Below, one piece after another: positions 18,888 through 28,261 of a DNA stretch of 64,000 bases. The stretch lies in IMG/VR virus record IMGVR_UViG_3300044627_003356; one strand, 5' to 3'. Position 1 is the first letter of the stretch. Each line of letters starts with the position of its first letter. Below the pieces are notes generated by a model. The model was not told the DNA's origin, did not search any database, and saw nothing but the letters and a program-made list of their open reading frames with translations. The translations under genes and the position numbers were made by a program. Source of the stretch: a virus.

Positions 18888-19124
18888 TTATTCCTGTTCG
18901 GTTTCTATTTCTTCGTCCATACTACCTGTTGATGACCATTGCATGGCTGTATATGGTACGGTGACATATTTATTAATCTTATCCACATAGTAAAGAGCCA
19001 CTCTCTGATTACCAGGAAACTGGCGAATTGATTTGCGTTTCATAATCAAAACAGCAGGAGGATCCATAGGCATACCATGGTCTTCCTTTTCATTCAAAGA
19101 GCGAAATTCTTTAAGTGTTTTCAA
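18888..19124 (-). CDS. hypothetical head-operon protein
   Basis: 78-aa ORF, MKTLKEF N-terminus. Confidence 0.6.
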   Translation of the reverse strand: MKTLKEFRSLNEKEDHGMPMDPPAVLIMKRKSIRQFPGNQRVALYYVDKINKYVTVPYTAMQWSSTGSMDEEIETEQE

Positions 19125-19299
19125 CTGATGATTCCTGTTCTTCTTGTTCTGGTTGTTTAATTAGATTTACTGCAATCTCTTGTTTTTTCATATCAATATG
19201 ACCCATTACTCGGTCGTGGATATCAGAATATAATGCGTCACGCATTTCTTTAGCATTATCTTGTGCTGCGTAGTCTATAATTTGTCTTGTATCTGCCAT
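19111..19299 (-). CDS. prohead core protein (gp67-like)
   Basis: Small acidic ORF directly after the portal gene; GGAG SD. Confidence 0.6.
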   Translation of the reverse strand: MADTRQIIDYAAQDNAKEMRDALYSDIHDRVMGHIDMKKQEIAVNLIKQPEQEEQESSVENT

Positions 19300-19316
19300 T
19301 TTATCTCCAATTTAAA

Positions 19317-19324
19317 TATTTATA
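19317..19324 (-). promoter_or_regulatory. late promoter
   Basis: TATAAATA overlapping the portal stop codon. Confidence 0.75.
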
Positions 19325-20990
19325 ATATCTGTTTCAATTTAACAAACGTACCTACTGATTTCTGTTCTTGTTGTGCACCCATATCTTGAGCTTGTTGCAA
19401 CTCATTTTGATGTGTTGCTAAAGCGGCTTGTTGGTCTGCCTGAACATCACCTACCATCTGTGCTTGTGCCACATCATTTGTAACACCAACTGGTAATCCA
19501 AGACCCGCTTCTTTTTCTTCATCAATTTCGTCTTGCATTTCTTTAATCTGGTCATCTGTCAATCGCAATACATTGCGTTGAATCCATACTTGTGAAAAAT
19601 AACGACCTGTGTATGGATCTACAGCGGACAAAAGAGATAATCTTTCTCTCATCAACTCAGCATCTTTGAGTTCACTAAAGTTATTATCTTTAATGAAATC
19701 ATAATAGATATGTTCTTTAAACTGGTCCCACTCATCAGCGGTACAGATACCTTTTAATACACATTGCACACGGAGTGCCTGATTAAAGATATCAGAAAAC
19801 TTGTTACGCAAACGGTCAACAAACTTTGCAAACTTTAATTCATCACGAGTAACTTCTGCAACACGACCAATAGAGAAACCTTGATTTGGTTCTAAACGAG
19901 AAATAGGTACACTTAATGAGTTATATAATTTCTTTTGAAAGTATTTAACATCTTCTAATTCACCTAAGTTTTGACCACCAGGCAATGTAGTAATCTCGGT
20001 ACCTTTACCGCCTTCACGGCGTGGCAACCAAAAATCTTCCATCATTGACAAGAATTTACGGTCATCACGGACTTCACCAGTCTGTGCATCATAAACCAAC
20101 TTGTTCTTATACTTGACCATAATATCACGCAGATATTGTTCGGCCTTTAATTTAGGTAAATTACCTACGTCAATGTAAAAAATACGGCGCTCAGGTGCTC
20201 GTGAGATACGATAGATAACTGTGGCATCTTCAATCATTCTTAATTGATTGAGTGGCTTAATTGCTTTGTGTAGATATGACAACACAACAGCACGGCGAGA
20301 GTCCATTAAACCAGAAACAACCGAAACAATAGAATCTAGTGTAATACGAACACCAACAGGACCATAATTAGAAGAAGAACCAGTTACTACTTTATCATTG
20401 TAAATATAATATTCATTATATACATCTATAATCTCTGCGCCTGTTCTTTCATCTTTTTTCTTTTTAATCTCACGCACTTTACGAAGTTTGCGTGGATCAA
20501 TATATCGTAATTCTTTAATACCAGCAATTGGATTTTCTTTATCTATAAGCACATTATAATATAACCTACCGTCAATATAATAACGGCGGAAGATGTCTTG
20601 CGCCATATGCTTATAATTAAGTAAACGCAATATGGTATGAAACTCATCTTTAATTGCTTTTTTAATTTTCTCTGGTTGGTCTAAATCATCCAACACAATC
20701 TCAATAATTTTGCCATCATCATCTTGCACGATGGCTTCATTCATAATATCATCGATAGCCGATTCAATCTCTGGTTGCATGGCCATCTCACGATAACGAG
20801 AGATAAGTTCTACTTCATTCTTAGCCGTACCATCCAAGTCAACATATGTGCCATAATATGCGGCCGAAGAAATGGTTAATGCACCATCTTCATTAGAAGG
20901 TGGTGTAAAGGATGGTTGTGCAGATTTTTCATCCTCGGTTTTTCTCCGAGCAATCTCAAAACCAAAGAGTGAGAATTTATTAGTTGCCAT
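19320..20990 (-). CDS. gp20: portal protein
   Basis: YLHKAIKP.NQLRMIEDA.VIYRISRAPERRIFYIDVGNLPK.KAEQY, EDFWLPRREGG. Confidence 0.99.
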   Translation of the reverse strand: MATNKFSLFGFEIARRKTEDEKSAQPSFTPPSNEDGALTISSAAYYGTYVDLDGTAKNEVELISRYREMAMQPEIESAIDDIMNEAIVQDDDGKIIEIVLDDLDQPEKIKKAIKDEFHTILRLLNYKHMAQDIFRRYYIDGRLYYNVLIDKENPIAGIKELRYIDPRKLRKVREIKKKKDERTGAEIIDVYNEYYIYNDKVVTGSSSNYGPVGVRITLDSIVSVVSGLMDSRRAVVLSYLHKAIKPLNQLRMIEDATVIYRISRAPERRIFYIDVGNLPKLKAEQYLRDIMVKYKNKLVYDAQTGEVRDDRKFLSMMEDFWLPRREGGKGTEITTLPGGQNLGELEDVKYFQKKLYNSLSVPISRLEPNQGFSIGRVAEVTRDELKFAKFVDRLRNKFSDIFNQALRVQCVLKGICTADEWDQFKEHIYYDFIKDNNFSELKDAELMRERLSLLSAVDPYTGRYFSQVWIQRNVLRLTDDQIKEMQDEIDEEKEAGLGLPVGVTNDVAQAQMVGDVQADQQAALATHQNELQQAQDMGAQQEQKSVGTFVKLKQIL

Positions 20991-21023
20991 ATATTGTATT
21001 ATTCCAATTCAATTAAACATAAA

Positions 21024-21043
21024 TGAGGGACCGAAGTCCCTCA
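21024..21043 (-). terminator. UUCG hairpin after gp19 (terminator or stabiliser)
   Basis: TGAGGGAC-TTCG-GTCCCTCA followed by a short T run. Confidence 0.7.
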
Positions 21044-21055
21044 AACAAAAACATA

Positions 21056-21598
21056 TTAAGTTGTAGTATTTGATTCCCAATATTGGAAAGCGAATGTGGT
21101 CGAATATTCTTCAATCACATCATTCGAACCCCAATCTAAATCAATTGGGGCAATATCAAGTGGGAATAAACCTACAAACTTATAAGATTTCAATTCATTA
21201 CCTGTTTTTCCGTACTGTGTAACAACAGCATCTACGGTATAACCTGTTGGGTTAATTGCCGCAGTATTACGTACATTGCTTGTGTGACTATTAATTGCGT
21301 TCATCCATGATTCGAGTGCGTTGCGAACTACAAAGTCCTCATCATTGATAATCTGTAATGTCCAATCGGTAAATGTACGGTTACCAGCAAACTTCAGTTC
21401 ACGGCCAAAATAAAATACAGGCACAGTACCTACGGTAGAACCTGGTAACTGTGCCGATTTTGCCATAAATGTTGTTTTTTGTCCAGCAGCAGTGCTATTT
21501 GTTGCAATTGTTGGAAAAGTCAGAGTAACTTGAAATAGATTTGGACGGGCTCCGTCACCAATCATATTTGCTCTAAATTCTGCTACATTGAATGCCAT
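21056..21598 (-). CDS. gp19: tail tube protein
   Basis: GARPNLF, AQLPGS, GRELKFAGNRTF.DW, INDEDF, IEEY. Confidence 0.96.
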   Translation of the reverse strand: MAFNVAEFRANMIGDGARPNLFQVTLTFPTIATNSTAAGQKTTFMAKSAQLPGSTVGTVPVFYFGRELKFAGNRTFTDWTLQIINDEDFVVRNALESWMNAINSHTSNVRNTAAINPTGYTVDAVVTQYGKTGNELKSYKFVGLFPLDIAPIDLDWGSNDVIEEYSTTFAFQYWESNTTT

Positions 21599-21620
21599 TT
21601 GTTTTCTCCTATATCGTGGT

Positions 21621-21627
21621 TATTTAT
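21621..21627 (-). promoter_or_regulatory. late promoter (gp19)
   Basis: ATAAATA followed by AGGAG SD. Confidence 0.7.
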
Positions 21628-23339
21628 TAAGCTGTACCAACGATTGTTGTAAAATCAACACCAGTTCTTACTGCTACAAAATTTAACTGAATAAAGTTGA
21701 TTGACCGAGCAGGCTTGATGTAGATGTCACCAACAAACTGATTAGAATCAATAACCTGTGGTGTATTATTTGTTGTATCACAAACAACACGGAAGTCATA
21801 GATGCCACGGCGCCCTTGAACATCTCGTAAGAACGGAGTTACTAATGCCACAAACTGAGCACGAGTAAACTCATCATTAAATTCAAACAATGAATACTGT
21901 GCTGCTTGAGCAATTGTTTTTTCTAATACAATAAACAATCTACGAACATTAATACGATCAAAAGCGGATGGTTTTACCTGTAACGTTTTGTCACCATATA
22001 AAACAATACCTTGACCAGGGAATGATACAACAGGATTAATACCAGATGAATATAATGTATCTCTTTGAGTTTTGTTTGGATTCCATGCCAATTTGACTGC
22101 ATTTTTAATTTGGCCCCGGTTTAAACCAGCCGGCGAAAACCAAGGATCTCTAACATTATCAGTATTAACACAAAGTCCAGCAATATCACCGTTCAAAGGT
22201 ATCCAACGATATGTGTTATTGTACTTATCAAACATATATTTGTAACCCGAATCTGCAACAACATAAGAAGAAGAACGATTTAAACTTGTCGCCCAATTTA
22301 CAATGTTTGTTGTTTCATTACCATTTTGGTTAATAACGTTGGCTGATGGTGGAGAAATAAATGCAATACAATCTTTACGAGAATTAACAATATTATCAAT
22401 TACATATTGTTGAACAGTTATACTGTGATCCGAAGTAAACACTAATGAAATGTCCACAGCTTCTTTATTTGTAAAATAACTATAACCATTTATTCGATCA
22501 CTATCTTGTGTAGGAGAATCCGCTCCTCCAGTCAATGATATATTTTGAACTGTTGCTAATGTTGCAAATTGAGTGTTTGCTAAAGAATTTCCCCAAGTGG
22601 CGTTTGTTGTTGAATAACTTACGGGATCAACAGCATATACATATTTTGAATTATTAAAAACATAATTTTTATAGTAATTTGAATTTCCTAAATCATCAAT
22701 TCCATCAACCGATTTTGACAAATAAGGGAATACTTCTAGTACTGTATTTCTAGTTCCTGTAAAACGACCTCCAGTGTCAATTACAACAATATGAATTTCA
22801 TCATTAGATGCACCAGCTAATGATGCTTGTGCTGAAGTGCCTGGAGCTCCATTCACATATGATGCTAATCCAATACTATTAACATTCCAAGTTGCACTAT
22901 AAGTGTTTGCATCCACTACTGAAACTGTTAATGAATTTCCTAAATTACCAGGGTAACGGCCCATAAATGGTCCATAAATATTTCCATTATTTGAATTTAA
23001 ATATGAAGCTTCAAAAATATCTTCATTAGCTACTTGAACATTAGTTGTTGAAGTATTTGAATCTGAATTAAAAACTGAGTTATTAGCAGTACGAACAACT
23101 TTAAGATTATTACCATACGCTAAAAAAGAAGCGCAAGTCATAAATGTTGGATATGTATTTCCGTTTGGAGTACCAAAAGTTTGAGCTAAAGTAATCTCAC
23201 TATCAATCTGCATTATTTTAAATGCTGGACCCCACAAAAATGTTCCTGCAATTGCACCGGCCGTAGTTAGAACCGAAGGAACGACTGTTGTTAAGTCAAC
23301 CTCGGAAACGTTTACGCCTGGAGAGATTTGAAACGCCAT
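21627..23339 (-). CDS. gp18: tail sheath protein
   Basis: SPGVNVSEVDLT, WFSPAG.NRG, FDRINVRRLF, YIKPARSINFI.LNFVA. Confidence 0.98.
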   Translation of the reverse strand: MAFQISPGVNVSEVDLTTVVPSVLTTAGAIAGTFLWGPAFKIMQIDSEITLAQTFGTPNGNTYPTFMTCASFLAYGNNLKVVRTANNSVFNSDSNTSTTNVQVANEDIFEASYLNSNNGNIYGPFMGRYPGNLGNSLTVSVVDANTYSATWNVNSIGLASYVNGAPGTSAQASLAGASNDEIHIVVIDTGGRFTGTRNTVLEVFPYLSKSVDGIDDLGNSNYYKNYVFNNSKYVYAVDPVSYSTTNATWGNSLANTQFATLATVQNISLTGGADSPTQDSDRINGYSYFTNKEAVDISLVFTSDHSITVQQYVIDNIVNSRKDCIAFISPPSANVINQNGNETTNIVNWATSLNRSSSYVVADSGYKYMFDKYNNTYRWIPLNGDIAGLCVNTDNVRDPWFSPAGLNRGQIKNAVKLAWNPNKTQRDTLYSSGINPVVSFPGQGIVLYGDKTLQVKPSAFDRINVRRLFIVLEKTIAQAAQYSLFEFNDEFTRAQFVALVTPFLRDVQGRRGIYDFRVVCDTTNNTPQVIDSNQFVGDIYIKPARSINFIQLNFVAVRTGVDFTTIVGTA

Positions 23340-23391
23340 TTTTTATCTCCTTAAATATGATGTTATTCTGGCAATTAAAATACCATACTGA

Positions 23392-23398
23392 TATTTAT
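23392..23398 (-). promoter_or_regulatory. late promoter (gp18)
   Basis: ATAAATA upstream of AAGGAG SD. Confidence 0.7.
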
Positions 23399-23410
23399 GA
23401 TTCATAGGAT

Positions 23411-25090
23411 TTACATACTCCTAAAGAAATCTCTAGTATATTTTCCGTAAGTATCACCACCATCTGCTACTTCCCATACATCACCACCTTCTACCATAAA
23501 ATCATGTTCTAAACCATCTTCAATGATAGGAGCTGGTAAAACATCTTCGTCAATCTGATTCATGTTTTCCAACTGAATCTGCTTTCTCAAATCATGATTA
23601 ACAATTTCTCTAAAATATTGCTGAGTAGAAGCCCATGCAAAGATAACCAAAGTCATAACCAAGTCATCATTGGCACCATCGGCCGCCGCAAAGGATGTCT
23701 TGTGTTGTTCAAAAGTGGTTAATTCTGAATAGGTATCAAAGTCATTAATGATTAACTTATCACCCTCAATGAGTGTTTTGAGGTTAGAACAACCAACCTG
23801 TTTGACCTGAGGCGACATTTTCAGACCCATTTGTATACCACGAGCAAATCCCGCTGACAACTGTTGTGGCTTCTTATTGCCTGTAAATACTTTTAATAGG
23901 TTCTCATACTCTAAATCTGAATGTATAAAGTCTGCCACTTGTGGATTGTTATTGATTTCAACCAATACATAGGCATCATTGTAATACCGAGCCGCATTGA
24001 CAATCACCGTTGGGAATAAAATAGGCGAAATCGATGAACTGGCATAGGTAGCCACTTGTTTATATGGTGTCGTTGAGATATCAATAACAGAGAATGTAGA
24101 GGAGTCTAAATTTTTACCTTCTGATACATCCACGGTAATACAATATAGATGGTCACTCTTGGATTCATTTTGACCTTCTTTGATAGGATGTTCGTAAATT
24201 TTCATCTTATCGTGTTCTTCAATTGGGTTTACATACCTCAATTGCTGTAACTTGTAACCAGAGATGAGAGTATTAGATGAACCTAAGAATTCGGTTTCAA
24301 ACTCTTGTGCAAACTGCCGTTCCGATGTATTACGGATTGTTTCTTCTTTCCATGCTTCATCACGGCCTGGCACATGAGACCAATGAATCTCAAAGTTTTT
24401 ATAGTTGTTTCGTCCCTCAATCGAATCCATCCACAATTTATAGAATAGATTCATACCATTTGGAGTGGAAACAATGATAATCTTTGATGACTTACCGGAT
24501 GAGATTACCGGATAGACCGAGTTAAAGAACTCATTGGCAATATTATTTGGGACGAAAGCGAATTCGTCTAAGAACACAATGTTAAACGAACCGCCTCGGA
24601 TTGCTGAGGAACTGGTGGAAGCCGCAATGACCTTAGATCCATTCTCTAGTTCTACATTACCTTTGTTCCATGTCACCACACCTTGCTGGAGCCATTGGGG
24701 TAAATTCTCATATGCCAGTTGATACTTAGATAGAATATCACGAGCCAAAGAACCTTTGTTTGCCAGAACGGCCACGTTCTGAGAGTCGGTAAAGATGGTT
24801 GCCCAAAGAAGATAACCAACTGTTGTGGTAGTTTTACCAACCTGACGAGGACACTTGGTGATAACGAAACGATTATCTTTGAATAGATTAAGCATTTCTT
24901 CTTGAAAAGGCCACATATTAAAATTAATAAGGCCTTCATCCACGTTTACAATCTTAATGTAGTTCTTGCAGAAGTAAACAGGATCCTTAGAACACTTCAC
25001 ATATTCTTCAATCTGTTCTTTGGTATATTGATGGTCAACACCTACTTTTTTGAGTAAGGGGTTATCACGATAAGAATCTTTTTGGTTCAT
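23411..25090 (-). CDS. gp17: terminase large subunit
   Basis: PRQVGKTT, FLDEFAF, STPNG.N.FY, DDLVM. Confidence 0.98.
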   Translation of the reverse strand: MNQKDSYRDNPLLKKVGVDHQYTKEQIEEYVKCSKDPVYFCKNYIKIVNVDEGLINFNMWPFQEEMLNLFKDNRFVITKCPRQVGKTTTTVGYLLWATIFTDSQNVAVLANKGSLARDILSKYQLAYENLPQWLQQGVVTWNKGNVELENGSKVIAASTSSSAIRGGSFNIVFLDEFAFVPNNIANEFFNSVYPVISSGKSSKIIIVSTPNGMNLFYKLWMDSIEGRNNYKNFEIHWSHVPGRDEAWKEETIRNTSERQFAQEFETEFLGSSNTLISGYKLQQLRYVNPIEEHDKMKIYEHPIKEGQNESKSDHLYCITVDVSEGKNLDSSTFSVIDISTTPYKQVATYASSSISPILFPTVIVNAARYYNDAYVLVEINNNPQVADFIHSDLEYENLLKVFTGNKKPQQLSAGFARGIQMGLKMSPQVKQVGCSNLKTLIEGDKLIINDFDTYSELTTFEQHKTSFAAADGANDDLVMTLVIFAWASTQQYFREIVNHDLRKQIQLENMNQIDEDVLPAPIIEDGLEHDFMVEGGDVWEVADGGDTYGKYTRDFFRSM

Positions 25091-25812
25091 CGAAATAAAT
25101 CTTCTATTTTTATTTTGGCGTGAGGTGAATTTTCGTCACTATGATAGTCGGTACCAAAGTGTGTAACCCATGAGTCGGAGAAATTATTTAGTGGTAACAT
25201 ATATCTATGTCCAAATCCTATAGGTATGTTTACAAACATATTGCCTAAATTGGCTGATTCACGGATACCCCATGAACCTTTTTGACCAAAAGAATAATAA
25301 TCTGATTCAATATGTTCTTTAACCAATTCTTTATCCATGATAAACATACCTTGATATGGTTCAGATAAAGAAATAAACTTTTGTTCTTCTACTGTGATGG
25401 TTGGCCGATGCCGTTGATGGTGTGTGCAATCTAAAGAATACACTTGACCTTCTTTATTCTTTTGAACACGATGAACGGCAGGTATAAAGTTTAGATTATT
25501 GCGATGAAAGAGTTCTCGTGTTTTTACCCAATAATCAAATGTTTTTTTTTCAACATGAATATTACCTTCAAGATAGGCATAATGTGTATAGTCTGATTCT
25601 AAGAATTCCGACATATACTTTTTATGTTCCCATGTATGATGGTATGGATCATTTAGTTCTGTAACATGAATAGTTAGATTAGTATCAAAATTGACATTGC
25701 TGTTAATAATGAGTTTGATGTTTGGTATATCAGATAATGTCTTTATTACTTCTTTAAACTGCTCTAACCGTTCTTCTACATAATAAAAACAAACATTCAC
25801 CCAAAGTTTCAT
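25087..25812 (-). CDS. hypothetical protein, possibly a degenerate glycosyltransferase
   Basis: TWEHK...YTHYAYLEGNI...PYQGMFI resembles GT-like proteins; ATGA overlaps on both sides. Confidence 0.5.
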   Translation of the reverse strand: MKLWVNVCFYYVEERLEQFKEVIKTLSDIPNIKLIINSNVNFDTNLTIHVTELNDPYHHTWEHKKYMSEFLESDYTHYAYLEGNIHVEKKTFDYWVKTRELFHRNNLNFIPAVHRVQKNKEGQVYSLDCTHHQRHRPTITVEEQKFISLSEPYQGMFIMDKELVKEHIESDYYSFGQKGSWGIRESANLGNMFVNIPIGFGHRYMLPLNNFSDSWVTHFGTDYHSDENSPHAKIKIEDLFR

Positions 25813-26225
25813 TCTTTTCCTTTGAGAAGTTTATTAAGTTCAGCAGTAGAACCTACAAAGATGGCCTTATCAATACTGGTGCCAGCATTTTTTTTCTTTT
25901 CTTCATCCATATCACGCATCTGTTTTTGTATATTCAGAAGTTCTTTATTGGCATCTACCATGTTTTTTAGTAGAGTACCATAGACTTCAAATGCTCGTGG
26001 ATGTTGGCCTGCTTTGGCAATGTTCAGTATTTCTTCCATAGCATCTTGGCCTTGGTCAATGATACCTTGTAAGTTTTCTTTTGATTGTTGATAGGCGTCT
26101 GTGAGGTCCTGTTTTAAATCAGGATCATTATACTTGACCGATACCACAGGAAAGATTTCTTTCTTTTCTTCTGGTATTGGTGCAATGTCAAACACATCTG
26201 CTAAAATTTTATTCAAGTCATTCAT
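25809..26225 (-). CDS. gp16: terminase small subunit
   Basis: AKAGQHPRAFEV...AIFVGSTAEL.KLLK. Confidence 0.92.
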   Translation of the reverse strand: MNDLNKILADVFDIAPIPEEKKEIFPVVSVKYNDPDLKQDLTDAYQQSKENLQGIIDQGQDAMEEILNIAKAGQHPRAFEVYGTLLKNMVDANKELLNIQKQMRDMDEEKKKNAGTSIDKAIFVGSTAELNKLLKGKE

Positions 26226-26249
26226 ATTATTTGTTTAACCTATTGTAAA

Positions 26250-26402
26250 TTATGTGTTCAAATCTTCTGTTCCTGAGCCTTCATTTAAATCCTCGGAACC
26301 ACTTTGTAACATTAAATCGCCTTGGAGTGAAGGTAAAGGAATATAAGTAAACGCATTAGCTTGCTGAACATTACTGGCCATCATGGCCATAATACCACTC
26401 AT
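26250..26402 (-). CDS. unannotated 50-aa fibre adapter peptide
   Basis: MSGIMAMMASNVQQANAFTYIPLPSLQGDLMLQSGSEDLNEGSGTEDLNT; TAATG overlap with the upstream gene; C-half paralogous to the C-terminus of 36595..37980. Confidence 0.8.
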   Translation of the reverse strand: MSGIMAMMASNVQQANAFTYIPLPSLQGDLMLQSGSEDLNEGSGTEDLNT

Positions 26403-28249
26403 TACGAAACTCCTGTACCGTTAATAAACCAGGTGTTTGCCGCAACTTGAATTAATGTAGCCATACCATATGTAGTAACATTTCGTGAAGCGCTTGTTGT
26501 ATTGCCAGCAAGATACATTGTTACACCTGTATTTGGTGATACAGTTACATTGGCACCAGCTGATGTTGCAGAGATAATCATAATGGTTGAACCATTTGAA
26601 AATGCCACATTTGATGTTGTTGGAATATGCAATATCGTATTAGATGCTTGAGTGTAATAAATGTGTTTACCAGCATCAGTTAATTGTAATGTGTAATTTG
26701 TTGACTGTATATTTTGTGGAATTGTTTGTGCAGCTGCATTGGCTGAATTTCTAGCAACTTGGTCAATTGCAGTACCAGTAAATGCGGTGTTTTGAACAGA
26801 TGAATCTGGGAATACTATAGCACCATTGGCTTCAAAGGACCAAGTTTTACGGCCCGACAGAGCTGTTGCAATTATTTGTACATTACTAGTACCAGAAGAA
26901 ATTTCAACAGTTTTGTTTGGCGAATAAAATACAGCTTCGCTTATTGAAAGACTATCAAAATTTATTCGGCCTCCTGTAGGCATAGTTAATGTGCCAGTCG
27001 AACCAAGACTAACGGTGTTAGCACCATTGACTAAGCTACTAACGGTACGATTGTTGGAGGAATCAAAAGCTGATTGGGCTAAATTGGTTGCATTGGTAAT
27101 ATTAGTGTTTTGGGTTGTATTAACACCTTGAATAATTATAATATTATTTGAAGCTGTATTGGCAGTTGTTCGAGCATATGGATCTATTTGAGTATCTGAT
27201 ACAATTGTATTGGCATAATCATAAGCTGCTTGTGCCAAATTGATTGCAGAGTTTGCTTGGTTAGGTATCTCGATAACAATATTACCAACCATACCACCAT
27301 GAATTTCACATTGATAAACATAGGTATTTCCAGCCAATGCAGCTGGAACTTTCCAATAGAGTGTGCCAGATACTTGTGCTTGAGCACTTGATTCAGTAGA
27401 AACAACTCCAGTTGTTGATACATGTGTAAGACCAATATTATAAAGTGTACCGCCGGCCGATTCTCTTATCAAAAATGGATGACCTGTTACATTTAAATTA
27501 AAAGCAAGAGTTTCACCTGCTCGAATAAAAATATTAGGGTTATTACCTGTGTATTGGTCAAACAAATAAGAGCTTGCGCCAGAATTCGTTGTGTTTAATC
27601 GAGTAACAGAAGGTAAATAAACTGAATTTGCTTGATTAAATGCCGCCTGTGCTAAATTGGTAGCAGTAGTAATGTTGGTGTTTTGTGTAGTATCAACACC
27701 TTGAATAATACTAATAGAAGTATTTTGGTTTGCATTAATTGTTTCAATACTATTAATTCTGGTGTTTTGAGTGTCATTAACACCAGTCATAATACTAATA
27801 TTATTTGATGCAGTATTGGAAGAATCAAACGCTGACTGCGCCAGATTTGTTGCATTGGTAATATTGGTATTCTGTGTCGTATTAACACCTTGAATAATCG
27901 TAATATTATTTGAATTTGTATTGGCTGTATTACGAGCAAACTGGTCAATTTGGGTATCAGAAACAATTGTATTGGCATAGTTATAAGCTGCATTAGCTTT
28001 ATTATAAGCATTTTGAGCCAAATTATTTACAGTAATAACACCGGCTACAGCAGTATTGGCAGTTGTGCGAGCAAACTGGTCAATATTATTATCGGTCGCA
28101 GAATTTAATAATGCATATCCACCAGGAGTTGTACCATCATGAACTGTCAAAGTTTTGTTTGTATTATTAATAATCAATTCACCATTAGCGCCAGTTGTAT
28201 TTGCTAATGTGGCTGATCCTAGTCGTCTAAATTGTATTGTGCGAGACAT
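26402..28249 (-). CDS. fibre protein: Mtd_N-like head, stalk repeats, cupredoxin-like domain, C-terminal tip domain
   Basis: IQFRR...GELII...LTVHDGTTPGG; QGVxxTQNT repeats; GHPF...YQCEIHGGM. Confidence 0.75.
   Translation of the reverse strand: MSRTIQFRRLGSATLANTTGANGELIINNTNKTLTVHDGTTPGGYALLNSATDNNIDQFARTTANTAVAGVITVNNLAQNAYNKANAAYNYANTIVSDTQIDQFARNTANTNSNNITIIQGVNTTQNTNITNATNLAQSAFDSSNTASNNISIMTGVNDTQNTRINSIETINANQNTSISIIQGVDTTQNTNITTATNLAQAAFNQANSVYLPSVTRLNTTNSGASSYLFDQYTGNNPNIFIRAGETLAFNLNVTGHPFLIRESAGGTLYNIGLTHVSTTGVVSTESSAQAQVSGTLYWKVPAALAGNTYVYQCEIHGGMVGNIVIEIPNQANSAINLAQAAYDYANTIVSDTQIDPYARTTANTASNNIIIIQGVNTTQNTNITNATNLAQSAFDSSNNRTVSSLVNGANTVSLGSTGTLTMPTGGRINFDSLSISEAVFYSPNKTVEISSGTSNVQIIATALSGRKTWSFEANGAIVFPDSSVQNTAFTGTAIDQVARNSANAAAQTIPQNIQSTNYTLQLTDAGKHIYYTQASNTILHIPTTSNVAFSNGSTIMIISATSAGANVTVSPNTGVTMYLAGNTTSASRNVTTYGMATLIQVAANTWFINGTGVS
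27053..27988 (-). repeat. ~57-codon direct repeat pair (about 27053-27226 and 27816-27988) flanking the cupredoxin module
   Basis: AY(N/D)YANTIVSDTQID...IIQGVNTTQNTNITNATNLAQSAFDSSN occurs twice. Confidence 0.85.
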
Positions 28250-28261
28250 TTTAAGTTACCT

